A stretch of DNA of 64,000 nt. It comes from Bacteroidota bacterium. GTDB lineage: Bacteria > Bacteroidota > Bacteroidia > AKYH767-A > OLB10. Both the position numbers and the translations under genes were made by a program. The notes beneath the pieces were generated by a model that was given only the letters and a program-made list of their open reading frames with translations, did no database searches and was not told the origin of the DNA. This document shows, in pieces, positions 22,275-33,992 of this stretch. The stretch covers positions 387,544 to 451,543 of the forward strand of contig JADJMG010000005.1 of assembly GCA_016709725.1 (NCBI GenBank), read 5' to 3'. Within the stretch, counting starts at the first letter, position 1; every line of letters begins with the position of its first letter.

Positions 22275-22416
22275 AGCATTTTATGTTTGTTAATTGTTAC
22301 TTAAATTGTCATACCATTTCAAAGTTAATTTCTTGCAGGTCATTTTAAGTCGCTCTGTCGACCAAGCAAGACGAATATCGCCAGGCTTTGTGACTAGGTG
22401 TAGAATTTCAATGTTT

Positions 22417-23793
22417 CTACCCAAATAGCAATTCAAAAACTTCTTCTACTTTTCCAACAGGAATCACTTTGATGGTCGCATTATCCTTCAATTTATCCGT
22501 TCCAGCATTATAACTCGAGACAAATATTTTTTTGAAGCCTAATCGAGCGGCTTCGTTGATTCTTGCTTCAATGCGATTGACGGGTCTGATTTCACCGGTT
22601 AGACCTACTTCACCGGCAAAGCAATAAGAGGGATCGATGGATAAATCTTCGGAAGAAGAAAGAATTGCACAGATGATGGCCAGATCGATAGCAGGATCTT
22701 CAACACGAATTCCACCAGCGATATTTAAAAACACATCTTTAGCACCTAATTTAAATCCGCATCGTTTTTCGAGCACTGCTAAAATCATATGCAATCGGCG
22801 TAAATCATAGCCGGTCGTTGTGCGCTGCGGTGTACCATACACTGCAGAACTCACCAAGGCTTGCGTTTCAATTAAGAATGGACGGACACCTTCCATCGTA
22901 CAGGCAACGGCGGTTCCACTTAAACTTGCATCGCGTTGTGATAAAAGCAATGCAGATGGATTGGCCACTTCAATCAATCCTGCTCCTTGCATTTCATAAA
23001 TTCCGAGCTCGGCAGTGGACCCAAATCGATTTTTAATGGCGCGTAGAATTCGATACACATGATGACGATCGCCTTCAAACTGCAAAACGGTATCCACCAT
23101 ATGTTCTAAAACTTTTGGTCCCGCTATTGAACCTTCCTTTGTGATATGTCCGATGAGTAAAACAGGAGTTGCGGTTTCCTTTGCAAAACGCAACAACTCA
23201 CCAGCACAACCTCGTATTTGCGAAACAGTTCCGGGTGCAGATTCATAAACATTAGAATATAATGTTTGAATAGAATCAACAATGACTAGATCGGGTTGTA
23301 GAATTTCTACTTGATGAAAAATTTGTTGCGTAGTTGTTTCCGTCAAGATGTAACATTCACTTTGCAGTTTACCAATTCGCTCGGCACGCATCCGTACTTG
23401 ATGTTCACTTTCCTCACCTGAAATGTATAAAATTTTCTTGCCTTTTAAATTTATCGCGAGCTGCAAGAGCAATGTCGACTTTCCGATGCCAGGTTCACCA
23501 CCCAATAAAATTAAAGACCCCGGAACAATGCCTCCACCGAGTACACGCATCAATTCTGCATCTGGAATTGCAATTCGCGGACTTGATTCTAACGCAATTT
23601 CAGAAATTAAACGCGGCTTATTGGCTTTAGATTCTTTAAGAGGAGATGTCCTCCATTGGTTCTCCTTAGCCGTAGGTTGAATGACTTCTTCAGAATAAGT
23701 ATTCCATTCGTTGCACGACGGACATTTACCAATCCACTTCACGGAATTAGCTCCACAATTTTGACAATAAAATACTGTTTTCGTTTTCGCCAT
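22417..23793 (-). CDS. radA: DNA repair protein RadA/Sms
   Basis: Zn-finger CQNCGANSVKWIGKCPSC, Walker A GGEPGIGKST and a Lon-like C-terminus. Confidence 0.95.
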   Translation of the reverse strand: MAKTKTVFYCQNCGANSVKWIGKCPSCNEWNTYSEEVIQPTAKENQWRTSPLKESKANKPRLISEIALESSPRIAIPDAELMRVLGGGIVPGSLILLGGEPGIGKSTLLLQLAINLKGKKILYISGEESEHQVRMRAERIGKLQSECYILTETTTQQIFHQVEILQPDLVIVDSIQTLYSNVYESAPGTVSQIRGCAGELLRFAKETATPVLLIGHITKEGSIAGPKVLEHMVDTVLQFEGDRHHVYRILRAIKNRFGSTAELGIYEMQGAGLIEVANPSALLLSQRDASLSGTAVACTMEGVRPFLIETQALVSSAVYGTPQRTTTGYDLRRLHMILAVLEKRCGFKLGAKDVFLNIAGGIRVEDPAIDLAIICAILSSSEDLSIDPSYCFAGEVGLTGEIRPVNRIEARINEAARLGFKKIFVSSYNAGTDKLKDNATIKVIPVGKVEEVFELLFG

Positions 23794-23844
23794 TTTACTT
23801 TCCTTCTACTAAAAAAATTTCCTTTACTATATCCAACAAAAAAT

Positions 23845-24333
23845 CTAATACACTTTTTGCAACATATGTACATCATGATATGCACCAAACTTTACTCCTA
23901 CTTCACGCAATGTTCCAATTACCGTAAAGCCTAACCGTTCGTGCAGATAAACACTTTGTTCATTTCCATGCGTAATTCTGGCGATCAACGAATGCAATCC
24001 CAACTGCGCCCCTTCCAGAACCAATACCTCCAGCAATTGCTTACCCACTCCTTGCTTGCGAAAATCTCTATCGACATACAAACTTGTTTCGGCCGTAGAA
24101 TCATAGGCTGCGCGTTCACTCCATCTACTTAAAGAAGCATATCCAATTACATTTCCATTCAATTCTGCTACTAACACGGGATGAATGGATTTATGCGCTC
24201 TAAACCAATCCACACGATCTTCTAAACTTTTCTCTTCGGTATCGAATGTTGCAACGGTAGTAAGAATTGCTTCATTATAAATTTCGGTAATACGTGTTAC
24301 ATCTTTCTCTACTGCTGGTCGAATGGTTATCAT
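23845..24333 (-). CDS. GNAT family N-acetyltransferase
   Basis: 162 aa with a GNAT core (RKQGVGKQLL). Confidence 0.75.
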   Translation of the reverse strand: MITIRPAVEKDVTRITEIYNEAILTTVATFDTEEKSLEDRVDWFRAHKSIHPVLVAELNGNVIGYASLSRWSERAAYDSTAETSLYVDRDFRKQGVGKQLLEVLVLEGAQLGLHSLIARITHGNEQSVYLHERLGFTVIGTLREVGVKFGAYHDVHMLQKVY

Positions 24334-24397
24334 CCTTCAAAATTAGCGAAATTATAATTGCATCTTAAAAATCAAAACGAATGTTCAATACTCATCC

Positions 24398-25447
24398 TCA
24401 AGGATTAAAAAAATTCTTATCCTTCAGTTCAGCACCAATTCCCGGCAAAGGAGAAAGAAGCAAAGAACCTTTATCGTAAACTGCACCAGTAAAAGGGTCA
24501 TTACTAATCAATCGAGGCCCATCCAAATCAACCCAATCGGCCCAGGGACTCAGTTGTGCTGCCGCCATGGCTCCGCAGGTACTTTCCGACATACACCCAA
24601 CCAATACTTTCAATCCAAGCTTATTTGCTTGACGAACGAGGGATTGGGCGGGCTCTATTCCACCGCATTTTAACAATTTTACATTGATTCCATGACAAAC
24701 CGAACTCAGTCTTTCTAAATCAGAAATTCCCTGTATAGATTCATCTAAAATGATTGGTAATGGTGATGCTTGATACAAACGACTATATTCACTTTCCAAC
24801 TTCACGGGAAGAGGTTGCTCCACAAACAAACAATTTCTTTCCTTCAGCCAATGCATCCACTCCAAACTTTCAGTGACACTATTCCAGGCTTGATTTGCAT
24901 CAACACAAAATGGGGATGAAGAATTATTCAAAAATGCTTCTATTCTTTCCTTGTCATTTTCTCCGCCCAATTTAATTTTGAATAACGAAAAATCAGTTGT
25001 TTCATTCAACTTCTGAACAAGTTCATCTACCGAACTAATACCTAATGTAAATGAACATTTCACTTTCTCTGTATCCTGAATACCAAAAATATTTCGAACC
25101 GTTTGTTGAGTAAGACGTGCATAAAGATCATACATCGCGATATCAACTGCTGTTTTAAGAGGTTTTGGAATGGTAGAATTCCCTGCTGCCAATTTAGCAA
25201 TGGTTGATCGAATGGCATCACTTCCCTTCATCTCAGCTGGAAAATGAAGATAAAAATTTTCCACCAAAGCAGGTACATCGTACCCCAAGTAAGGCGGAAC
25301 GGCAGCTTCCCCGTAGCCTTCAATGCCCATAAACGAAGCTTTTACATAAATGGCTTCGGTACTATTTCTTGTACCATGTGCTATTCCAAAAGGATTCTTA
25401 AACAACAATTGAAAATACCGGACACTTAAATGTAAACTTTCTCCCAT
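24398..25447 (-). CDS. enolase-superfamily dipeptide epimerase (mandelate racemase/muconate lactonizing family)
   Basis: Metal-ligand region ...VDANQAW...LFVEQPLP...ILDES typical of L-Ala-D/L-Glu epimerases. Confidence 0.75.
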   Translation of the reverse strand: MGESLHLSVRYFQLLFKNPFGIAHGTRNSTEAIYVKASFMGIEGYGEAAVPPYLGYDVPALVENFYLHFPAEMKGSDAIRSTIAKLAAGNSTIPKPLKTAVDIAMYDLYARLTQQTVRNIFGIQDTEKVKCSFTLGISSVDELVQKLNETTDFSLFKIKLGGENDKERIEAFLNNSSSPFCVDANQAWNSVTESLEWMHWLKERNCLFVEQPLPVKLESEYSRLYQASPLPIILDESIQGISDLERLSSVCHGINVKLLKCGGIEPAQSLVRQANKLGLKVLVGCMSESTCGAMAAAQLSPWADWVDLDGPRLISNDPFTGAVYDKGSLLLSPLPGIGAELKDKNFFNP

Positions 25448-25515
25448 ATCGACAAAGTTATAAAAAGGAAGTGTCGAAATTTTATCTACCTTTAAAGATT
25501 CTAAAATATATAATT

Positions 25516-26700
25516 ATGAGAATCGCTTTGATCTTATGCTGCTTACTCTTTTCATCTGCAAATGCACAAACTCCGTTGCGTTTAAAATTAACAGAGATTG
25601 CTAGAGGATACACTTCTCCAATTGGGTTATTTTCCCCAACCGATGAAACAGATCGATTGTTTGTGATGGAGCAAGGTGGGAAAATTAAAATTATACAAAA
25701 CGGCAATAAAATTGAAAATCCATTTATCAATATTTCTTCACAACTGGATGGATTGAATATCGCCTATTCAGAAAAAGGATTGTTAGGAATGGCCTTTCAT
25801 CCCAACTACAAAACGAACGGGTTATTCTATCTATATTATTCTGCGAAAACACAAATCCAAGAAATGGATCATGAAAGTCGAGTATCAGAATTCAAAGTTT
25901 CATCCAATCCCAACCTTGCAGACGTAAAAAGTGAAAGAGTAATACTCACAATTCCGCAACCCGAAAGCAATCACAACGGCGGACAAATGGTATTTGGTGC
26001 AGATGGATTTTTGTATATTGGTTTGGGAGATGGCGGCGGCGGTGGAGACCAGCATGGCGTAAGTGGAAATGGACAAAACTTAAATACACTTTTAGGTAAA
26101 ATAATTCGAATCGATGTAAATACTACCAAAGGCTATAAAATACCATCAGACAACCCTTATGCAAAAAGTGAAACCATCCGACCAGAAATATGGGCGAGTG
26201 GATTACGAAATCCGTGGCGATTTTCTTTTGATCGTGCTACACAAAAACTTTTTTGTGCCGATGTAGGTCAAAACAAATATGAAGAAGTAAACATTATTGA
26301 AAAAGCAAAAAATTATGGCTGGCGTTTAATGGAAGGCAACCATTGCTTTGATCCTCCCGAAGGATGTGATCCAACGAAATATACTGCACCAATAGCAGAA
26401 TACGATCACTCTGAAGGGATCAGTGTAATTGGTGGCTATGTTTATCGAGGAAGAGAATTCCCATCACTACACGGATATTATATTTTTGGAGATTGGAATG
26501 GCGTATTGTGGTATTTACATCAAAATGAAAAAACACAATTGTGGGATCGCGGCCCGATCTTTACAGAAAAAGAAAACAACGAAATTAACGGCAAAATAAA
26601 TAGCTTTGGGGAAGATGAAAGGGGAAACATTTATATTGTCACACAAAAACTCTTTGGCCCGAAAAGTCCAACAGGAGTAATTTACAAAATAGGATACTAA
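25516..26700 (+). CDS. PQQ-dependent soluble sugar (glucose/sorbosone) dehydrogenase
   Basis: Signal peptide. HNGGQMVFGADGFLYIGLGDGG and a beta-propeller matching the SGDH/YliI family. Confidence 0.8.
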   Translation: MRIALILCCLLFSSANAQTPLRLKLTEIARGYTSPIGLFSPTDETDRLFVMEQGGKIKIIQNGNKIENPFINISSQLDGLNIAYSEKGLLGMAFHPNYKTNGLFYLYYSAKTQIQEMDHESRVSEFKVSSNPNLADVKSERVILTIPQPESNHNGGQMVFGADGFLYIGLGDGGGGGDQHGVSGNGQNLNTLLGKIIRIDVNTTKGYKIPSDNPYAKSETIRPEIWASGLRNPWRFSFDRATQKLFCADVGQNKYEEVNIIEKAKNYGWRLMEGNHCFDPPEGCDPTKYTAPIAEYDHSEGISVIGGYVYRGREFPSLHGYYIFGDWNGVLWYLHQNEKTQLWDRGPIFTEKENNEINGKINSFGEDERGNIYIVTQKLFGPKSPTGVIYKIGY

Positions 26701-28058
26701 TGCGATTTATCGATTTTTTTAAAAAAGAATATGTCTTATGGATATTGCTAATATCCACCCAACTTTTTTTCTTTACCTATGCTCAGCTCAATCAACATAC
26801 CAAGACGGCTGATTCAGATGAATACATTTATCAAGCTAAAAATTTAATTGATTACGGTACTACGTATAGCGGTGATTATACGGCATCGAATTTAGATGTT
26901 TCACTCTATGACAGAAGGACACCCGGATACCCCATTTATTTAATACTCACCAAAATTATATTTCATTCAGATTTCCTTCCTTTGTTTTTTCAATGTATAC
27001 TTTCTATATTAAATATATTTATTGGGTATAAAATTTTAAAACAAATTAGTCCGGACACAAAGAAAACATATTTATATCTTTTCTTCTTTTTATTCTTTCC
27101 AAGCCAATTTATTTACGCTACAGTATTCATGTCAGAAATACTTTTTCAAACTTCAATTTTACTTTGCTTATACTCCTTATTACAATTTGAAAAAAGTGAG
27201 AAATTCAAGTATTTCTATCTTCTTCAGCTCCTGCTTGCCATTGCTTACCTTATTAAACCTATAGCACTTTTTCTATGGTTAGGATATAGTCTTTATAGTA
27301 TCATCGTGCATAATAAGCGAGGAATTGCAGTTCGACAACTAGTGGCTGCATTATTCCATGTACTTTTATTGGGAAGCTTTTTCCTAAAAAACTATCATCA
27401 AACCGGAATTGCGGAATACTCAGGAATTGGCAGAAAACTGATGATCAACTATAACATGCCTGCTTTACTTACTTTTTATGAAAATGAAACATATGCTAAG
27501 AATAAAATTGATTCATTACAATATAATTTAAAAAACGAATCCTACGCATCTCAATGCGCGAACATTGACTTATTTCTTCGACAAGAGGTTTCCGAACATC
27601 CTATCCACTTTCTTTTACTACAAGGATATGGTTCTATTAAATTACTTACAGAAACTGGACGATGGGATCTTGAACTTTGGCGAGTTGGATATGAAAATGT
27701 TGAAAAAGCACCCTCTTTTAAAAATATATTTTCAACGAATGGGATACCCGGAGTTTTTCATGCGTTAAATTTATGGCCCGTTCCCTATTTAATATATTAC
27801 TGCTTAGTTATACTCGTAACCATTGCCCTGTTTCTTCTGTTCATTAAAAGTTTACTTAACAAATCACTAATTCGCCGACATAAACTTTTGCTTCTTGCAA
27901 CCATCCTTTACTTCGCTGTGCTCACGGGACCCTCTGCCTCTGCAAGATTTAGACTTCCCATTTTCCCTATTCTCGTAATTCTTGCTTTGAGCAGTTTTAA
28001 TAAAAACGAAAATCCATCCTACTCCACTTTCTCACAAGAAAATGAGGGGAATTTTTAG
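26700..28058 (+). CDS. GT-C type membrane glycosyltransferase-like protein (PMT/ArnT-like)
   Basis: A polytopic membrane protein with the loop-1 motif YDRRTPGYPIYL characteristic of family 39/83 GT-C enzymes. Confidence 0.6.
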   Translation: MRFIDFFKKEYVLWILLISTQLFFFTYAQLNQHTKTADSDEYIYQAKNLIDYGTTYSGDYTASNLDVSLYDRRTPGYPIYLILTKIIFHSDFLPLFFQCILSILNIFIGYKILKQISPDTKKTYLYLFFFLFFPSQFIYATVFMSEILFQTSILLCLYSLLQFEKSEKFKYFYLLQLLLAIAYLIKPIALFLWLGYSLYSIIVHNKRGIAVRQLVAALFHVLLLGSFFLKNYHQTGIAEYSGIGRKLMINYNMPALLTFYENETYAKNKIDSLQYNLKNESYASQCANIDLFLRQEVSEHPIHFLLLQGYGSIKLLTETGRWDLELWRVGYENVEKAPSFKNIFSTNGIPGVFHALNLWPVPYLIYYCLVILVTIALFLLFIKSLLNKSLIRRHKLLLLATILYFAVLTGPSASARFRLPIFPILVILALSSFNKNENPSYSTFSQENEGNF

Positions 28059-28102
28059 GTAAGAAACAAATTAATTCAAAAAATTAAAATATCCAATTAA
28101 AT

Positions 28103-29706
28103 TTGCAGTTCATGAATATTAGGGACACTCCAATCCATAAAATAATTTTAGCCTTCACTACTGCTATTTTATTTTTAGTAGCATGGCCTGCCGGTGGATT
28201 TGCGCCCTTACTCTTTTTTGCATTAATCCCGCTACTCTTGCTTGAGAATTTGGTGTATCAATCGAAAATCAACCAATCTAAATCTCGACTTTTCCCATAC
28301 TCCTATTTAACATTTTTCTTATTCAACATTTTCAATACTTGGTGGATTTGGTATGCGAGTCCATTTGGAATGTTTGGAGCAGTGGCAGCAAATGCACTAT
28401 TAATGACAATCACCTTCCAATTTTTTCACCTAACACGTTTGAAATTTGGAAATGGAATTGGTTATACTTCCTTACCGATTTACTGGGTAGCCTTCGAGTA
28501 TTTCCACCTCGATTGGGATCTAAGCTGGACATGGCTCAACTTCGGAAACGGATTTGCTTCATGGGTAAATATGGTGCAGTGGTATGAATACACAGGAGTA
28601 CTTGGTGGAACTTTCTGGATCATTCTAATCAATATTTTTATTTATCATTTCATATTGGCTGGGAAAAAATCCAGAACAAAAATTGCATTAACACTGTTTT
28701 TTCTCATCAGTATTCCCATTGGAATATCCTATTTTATTCTCAGCAATTATCAAGAAAAGTCAGCTCCCATTGAAGTCGTTTTAGTTCAACCAAACATTGA
28801 TCCTTATCACGAAAAGTTTAGTGGAAATAGCGATCAACAACTTACTAAAATTCTGCAACTAGCCATTGGTCAACTGAGTAATAAAACTCAACTATTAGTA
28901 TTACCAGAAACTGCTTTACCCGATGGAATTTGGAATTCAGATTTAGAAATACATCCACAAATTGAACGATTAAATGAGTTTGTTAAAAATTATCCGAATC
29001 TTAAAATACTTACTGGACTTTCCTACTATCGCTATTTTGCTCCCGATGAAAAATAAGTTCAACAGCTCGTAAATTTTTAGATGGCCCCGGTTATTATGAT
29101 GCATACAATGCAGCTATACAAATTAGCAACAGCCCTAAAATGCCATTACATTTCAAATCGAAATTGGTACCTGGAGTCGAGAAAATGCCATTCCCTAGTA
29201 TCTTTGGTTATTTAGATGATTTTGCCATTGATTTAGGTGGAACAACAGGAAGCTTAGGTTATCAGGAATCACCAAGCGTTTTTAAAAGCGAAAAAATTAC
29301 GGCAGCTCCTGTGATTTGTTACGAATCAGTGTATGGCGATTATGTTGGTGATTATATTCGTAAAGGCGCTAACGTTATTTGTATCATGACCAATGATGGA
29401 TGGTGGGATGACACTCCTGGATATAGACAACATTGTCAGTATGCACGGTTAAGAGCAATAGAACACCGAAGAAGCATAGCCAGATCTGCAAATACAGGCA
29501 TTTCTTGCTTTATTAACCAGAAAGGCGAGATTTCTCAACCAACCGAATGGTGGGTTTCCGCGTGTATCAAGCAAGAAATCAATCTCAACAATGAGCTCAC
29601 CTTTTATACTCAACAAGGTGATCTATTAGGCCGTTGCTCATTTATTGGTGCTGCATTCTTCTTGGTAATCACTTTTTTAGGTCAGCTATTCAAGCGTAAA
29701 AAATAA
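28103..29706 (+). CDS. lnt: apolipoprotein N-acyltransferase, frameshifted (fragments 28103-29056 and 29140-29706)
   Basis: An N-terminal multi-TM domain followed by the CN-hydrolase domain (LVLPETALP...; ICYESVYGDY...). Confidence 0.75.
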
Positions 29707-29759
29707 ATAGCCGACTTCCCCTTTTTAGGACTAATTTTGTAGTCTTAAAATATAATACA

Positions 29760-31166
29760 ATGTCAGTGTACGATGCTATTGTGATTGGATCTGGTCCTGG
29801 TGGATATGTTGCCGCCATCCGACTTGCTCAACTCGGAAAAAAAACAGCCTTAATTGAAAAATACAGTGCTTTAGGAGGAACTTGTTTAAATGTGGGTTGC
29901 ATTCCTTCCAAAGCTTTACTTGATTCTTCTGAACATTTTCATCAAGCCAAACATCAGTTCACGGCACACGGAATTGAGATCAAGGAATTGAAATTAGATT
30001 TTAAAAAGATGGTGCAACGAAAAGCAGATGTTGTTTCACAAACCGTAGATGGCATTCGTTTTTTAATGAAGAAAAATAAAATTACTGTCTACCAAGGTCA
30101 GGGTAGTTTTAAGGACGCAAAAAATATTATTATTACAAAAGATGATGGCAGCACTGAAATAATTTCAGGCGATAAAATAATTATTGCTACAGGATCAAAA
30201 CCATCTACCTTGAAAGGAGTTGTCATTGACAAAAAAAGGATTCTTACCTCTACAGAAGCTTTGAAACTAGAAGAAGTCCCGAAACATTTATTGATTATTG
30301 GCGGAGGAGTGATCGGTCTTGAATTGGGATCTGTTTACGCACGATTAGGATCGAAAGTAAGTGTAATCGAATATGCGGAGGGAATCATTCCTTCCATGGA
30401 TCGATCGTTGGGAAAAGAATTACAAAAAATTTTACAAAAACAAGGATTCGACTTTTATTTAAATCACGGTGTAACTTCTGTGACATCAAAAAACAATCAA
30501 GTTACATTAAAAGCAACATCCAATAAAGAAGGTAAAGAAATTGAACTTAGTGGTGACTATTGTTTAGTTTCTACAGGGAGATCTCCGTACACTGCAAATC
30601 TTGGTTTAGAAAATATTGGAATTACATTGGATGAGAGAGGAAGAATTCCAGTAAATGAATATTTAGAAACAAGTACCGCGGGCATTTATGCCATTGGTGA
30701 TGTGGTGAAAGGCGCTATGCTCGCTCATAAAGCTGAAGAAGAAGGAGTTTTTGTAGCTGAGAAAATTGCGGGACAAAAACCACATATCAACTATTTATTA
30801 ATTCCAGGTGTAGTTTATACGTGGCCTGAAGTAGCATCTGTTGGATATACCGAAGAAGAATTAAAAAATAAATCGGTAAAATATAAATCAGGTAGTTTTC
30901 CATTCAAAGCCAGCGGGCGCGCACGCGCAAGCATGGATTTAGATGGATTTATTAAAGTCTTGAGTGATTCTACTACAGATGAAATATTAGGTGTGCACAT
31001 GATTGGTCCGAGAGCAGCTGATATGATAGCCGAGGCAGTTGTTGCCATGGAATTTATAGCATCTGCTGAAGATATTGCTCGAATCAGTCATGCCCATCCC
31101 ACCTATTCAGAATCTTTCAAAGAAGCATGTTTAGCCGCTACCGACAATAGAGCATTGCATGTTTAA
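29760..31166 (+). CDS. lpdA: dihydrolipoyl dehydrogenase
   Basis: GSGPGGY FAD motif, redox-active GGTCLNVGCIPSK and a C-terminal HAHPT. Confidence 0.95.
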   Translation: MSVYDAIVIGSGPGGYVAAIRLAQLGKKTALIEKYSALGGTCLNVGCIPSKALLDSSEHFHQAKHQFTAHGIEIKELKLDFKKMVQRKADVVSQTVDGIRFLMKKNKITVYQGQGSFKDAKNIIITKDDGSTEIISGDKIIIATGSKPSTLKGVVIDKKRILTSTEALKLEEVPKHLLIIGGGVIGLELGSVYARLGSKVSVIEYAEGIIPSMDRSLGKELQKILQKQGFDFYLNHGVTSVTSKNNQVTLKATSNKEGKEIELSGDYCLVSTGRSPYTANLGLENIGITLDERGRIPVNEYLETSTAGIYAIGDVVKGAMLAHKAEEEGVFVAEKIAGQKPHINYLLIPGVVYTWPEVASVGYTEEELKNKSVKYKSGSFPFKASGRARASMDLDGFIKVLSDSTTDEILGVHMIGPRAADMIAEAVVAMEFIASAEDIARISHAHPTYSESFKEACLAATDNRALHV

Positions 31167-31341
31167 TCAAACCATCGAAACAATATAAGTTAGCTTTTAC
31201 TCAAAATGCTGTCTGAGAAAACTCATCCTTCGGAATTAAGAACTACTGATTAGCAACAATTTAGGTGTATTACTACGATCTTACTTTAGTATTACCTTTT
31301 CTAGCCCTATTTTAGTGGAGTTAAATAAAAACAACAGTTAA

Positions 31342-33021
31342 ATGAAAAAAATATTAATGGTAATTACTGGTCTAATTATCACGTTTAATGCAACTTCACA
31401 AACTTGGTCTTGGTCTGCTGCTTTAGGCGGAAGGTCGAATACTGATGGATCAATAGGTATGGACCGTGATGCTACGGGCAACATTTATGTATGTGGAGAT
31501 TTTGAAGGCACTCGAAATTTTGGAGGAACTTCATTAACTGCAGTAGCATTCTCTGATTTCTATTTTTCAAAATACAATTCAACAGGAACCCATCAATGGA
31601 CTATTCAACTGAGTGGAACAGGAACTACCACTATTATTGCAAACGGTGTTGCAGTTGACCCTTCTGGAAATATTCTAGTTACTGGATATTTCAGTTATAA
31701 TGTTACTATTGGCGGAACTACTTACATTAATCCAGGTGGTAATGGAGATAGTTTTATTGCGAAATACAGTCCAACAGGAACTTTGATTTGGTCAAAAGTA
31801 TTGTCTGGAAACGGAAACGAATTTATCACAAGCATCAAAACTTTAGGTACTGACATTTATATTAGTGGTGGCTATTCACAAGCGTTAACATTTGGTACTA
31901 TTAGTTTAGCTGCTCCAGCCGGTGGTTTTGATGACGCGTTTGTAATGAAGTTAGATGCACAAGGCGATGGAGTTTGGGGAGTAAAAGGGGGAGGAAATAA
32001 TGATGATCGCGCACTATGCTTAAGTGTAAGTAATAACTCAATTTATTGGGCAGGGTTTTGTAATTCGGTAGCATCCTTTGGTGGTGTAAACTTAAATCCA
32101 TTAGGAACTTTAGCAGATATTTTCATTTGTAAACTAGATGGTAACGGCACTCAATCATGGGTAAAACGTTATGGTGGAAACTTTGGTCAACAAATAAATG
32201 GAATGAGCCAAGATCCTTGGGGAAACCCCATCTGCACAGGTAATTTTTATGGAACATGTAGTTTTGGAGCAGGGTTCTCCATTACCGAAAACTACGCCAT
32301 GTTTCCTGCAGGAAATGGAGATGGGTTTGTCACTAAATTAAACGCTGTAGATGGAACGTGTTCATGGGTTCGTCAAATTAAATGCATCAATGGTGATAAT
32401 AATGAAGTAAGCAACGGGGCCGTAACAGATCCAGGCGGAAGCACTTATGTTACCGGACATTTTAATGCCACTACCGTATTTGCTTCCAGCTCAAATCAAA
32501 CAGGGCCTTCACTCGTTTCAACAAACGGAAAAGATGCATTCATTGCTAAATATTCTCAAACAGGTACATTGTTATGGGTTCAAAAAATTGGCGGAAGTAG
32601 TAATGACCAAGGGAAAGCCGTTGTATATGATGCAAATGGTATTTGTACCGTAGCAGGTAATTTCGGAGGTACGCTAACGTTAGGCACTACGGCTCCTATT
32701 ACTGCTAGTCCAGGAGCAGCAAGTGTATTCATTGCCAAGTATGATGGTTTAAGTGCTGGAGTTGATGAGCCAGTAAACACATTGAAATTTGAAGCGCATC
32801 CAAATCCTGCCGATCATTTTATCACAGTTACCTCTGAACTTACCGAACCTATTGAACTTATCGAAATTTACACGGTTACGGGTGTTCGCGTTCTTGAAAC
32901 CAAACTTGATGTTCATACGAACAACTATCAAATTGACCTTTCTGAATTAAGCTCTGGAATGTATTTTTTACAAATTACGGCTGGAGAAAACAAAGGAGTA
33001 AAGAAAATTCAAATTAAGTAA
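31342..33021 (+). CDS. T9SS C-terminal-sorting-domain protein with SBBP-type beta-propeller repeats
   Basis: Signal peptide. Repeats (GGxxxDxGxxIxxDxxGNIYxxG) and a C-terminal T9SS CTD (HPNPA...MYFLQI). Confidence 0.7.
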   Translation: MKKILMVITGLIITFNATSQTWSWSAALGGRSNTDGSIGMDRDATGNIYVCGDFEGTRNFGGTSLTAVAFSDFYFSKYNSTGTHQWTIQLSGTGTTTIIANGVAVDPSGNILVTGYFSYNVTIGGTTYINPGGNGDSFIAKYSPTGTLIWSKVLSGNGNEFITSIKTLGTDIYISGGYSQALTFGTISLAAPAGGFDDAFVMKLDAQGDGVWGVKGGGNNDDRALCLSVSNNSIYWAGFCNSVASFGGVNLNPLGTLADIFICKLDGNGTQSWVKRYGGNFGQQINGMSQDPWGNPICTGNFYGTCSFGAGFSITENYAMFPAGNGDGFVTKLNAVDGTCSWVRQIKCINGDNNEVSNGAVTDPGGSTYVTGHFNATTVFASSSNQTGPSLVSTNGKDAFIAKYSQTGTLLWVQKIGGSSNDQGKAVVYDANGICTVAGNFGGTLTLGTTAPITASPGAASVFIAKYDGLSAGVDEPVNTLKFEAHPNPADHFITVTSELTEPIELIEIYTVTGVRVLETKLDVHTNNYQIDLSELSSGMYFLQITAGENKGVKKIQIK

Positions 33022-33033
33022 TCATTCTTTCGA

Positions 33034-33070
33034 TAAAAAAAGAGTCGCATCTTATGCGACTCTTTTTTTA
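33034..33070 (+). terminator. rho-independent terminator downstream of 31342-33021
   Basis: aaaaagagtcgcat-ctt-atgcgactcttttttta hairpin followed by a T-run. Confidence 0.7.
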
Positions 33071-33149
33071 TCCAAGCTTTTGCATATTCGACTCATTCCA
33101 ACTTTTAATGGATGTTTTTTCATTAATTCAATCAATCGATCTCGGCATA

Positions 33150-33485
33150 TTAAATACTCATCATGCATAGGACATGGATTTTTGCATTACACTTGAGCCG
33201 ACCCATTAAGCAAGAATTTACAATATGGTCGCCATCCACTGCATTCAACAATTCATAAATTGTAATATCGCTTCTATTTTTATCCAACCAAAAGCCACCA
33301 CCTGGACCTTTTGCCGAATTCAAAAATCCTTTTCGAACTAGCTCTTGCATAATTTTTCCTAAATAATGAGGAGATAGCTGAATGGAGGTGGCCAACTCTT
33401 CTAAGCTCACCTTTTGATCTTCATTACTTTCTTGAGCAATGAAAGTCATAGCCCTCAGTGCATATGCAAAGGTTCTTGAAAACAT
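33150..33485 (-). CDS. Rrf2 family transcriptional regulator (NsrR/IscR-like)
   Basis: Rrf2 HTH (ALRAMTFIA...LEELATSIQLSPHYLGKIMQELVRKGFL). It flanks the nos cluster. Confidence 0.75.
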   Translation of the reverse strand: MFSRTFAYALRAMTFIAQESNEDQKVSLEELATSIQLSPHYLGKIMQELVRKGFLNSAKGPGGGFWLDKNRSDITIYELLNAVDGDHIVNSCLMGRLKCNAKIHVLCMMSI

Positions 33486-33992
33486 AAGTCACAAATTAAT
33501 AACATCCTAAATCAATAAGAGGTGATATTCATCATAATCAAAACTAAGTTTTGTACTGTTTACAACTTCAGAAGGGTTAAATAAGTTTTTGAAAATGAAA
33601 AAAATTTGCGTTTTACTTGGAGAACAAAAACTCATAAATGGTAAATAGTAAATAGCCATGAATTCCAACATGTTCATATCAAATAATTCCAATATGATAT
33701 AAGTTAAAGTATCAAAATAGCAGCCTTCAGCTATTTGGTTTTGCAGTCAGCATTGAAAAGCAATACTTCTATTCAGAAAGTTATCTCTTAGGTAATCAAG
33801 TGTATAAGATTGAAAATCAACATTTAGAACCTCAAGTGGTGAATAGTCGATGAAGAATCAGTAGCTTTCCAAGACTTAAGTCATAAAACCAACTAACTTT
33901 GATCCTTTTCAGCGCAACTAACGATCAGTACGTTTGCGTTGTAATAAAAGACATTGTACTCTTTATTTTAATAACCCAAAAAAACAACCACT

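Noticed and set aside
23334-23934. Several + strand ORFs of 85-98 aa
   Set aside because: They are antisense within radA or lie in its upstream region, with no motifs.
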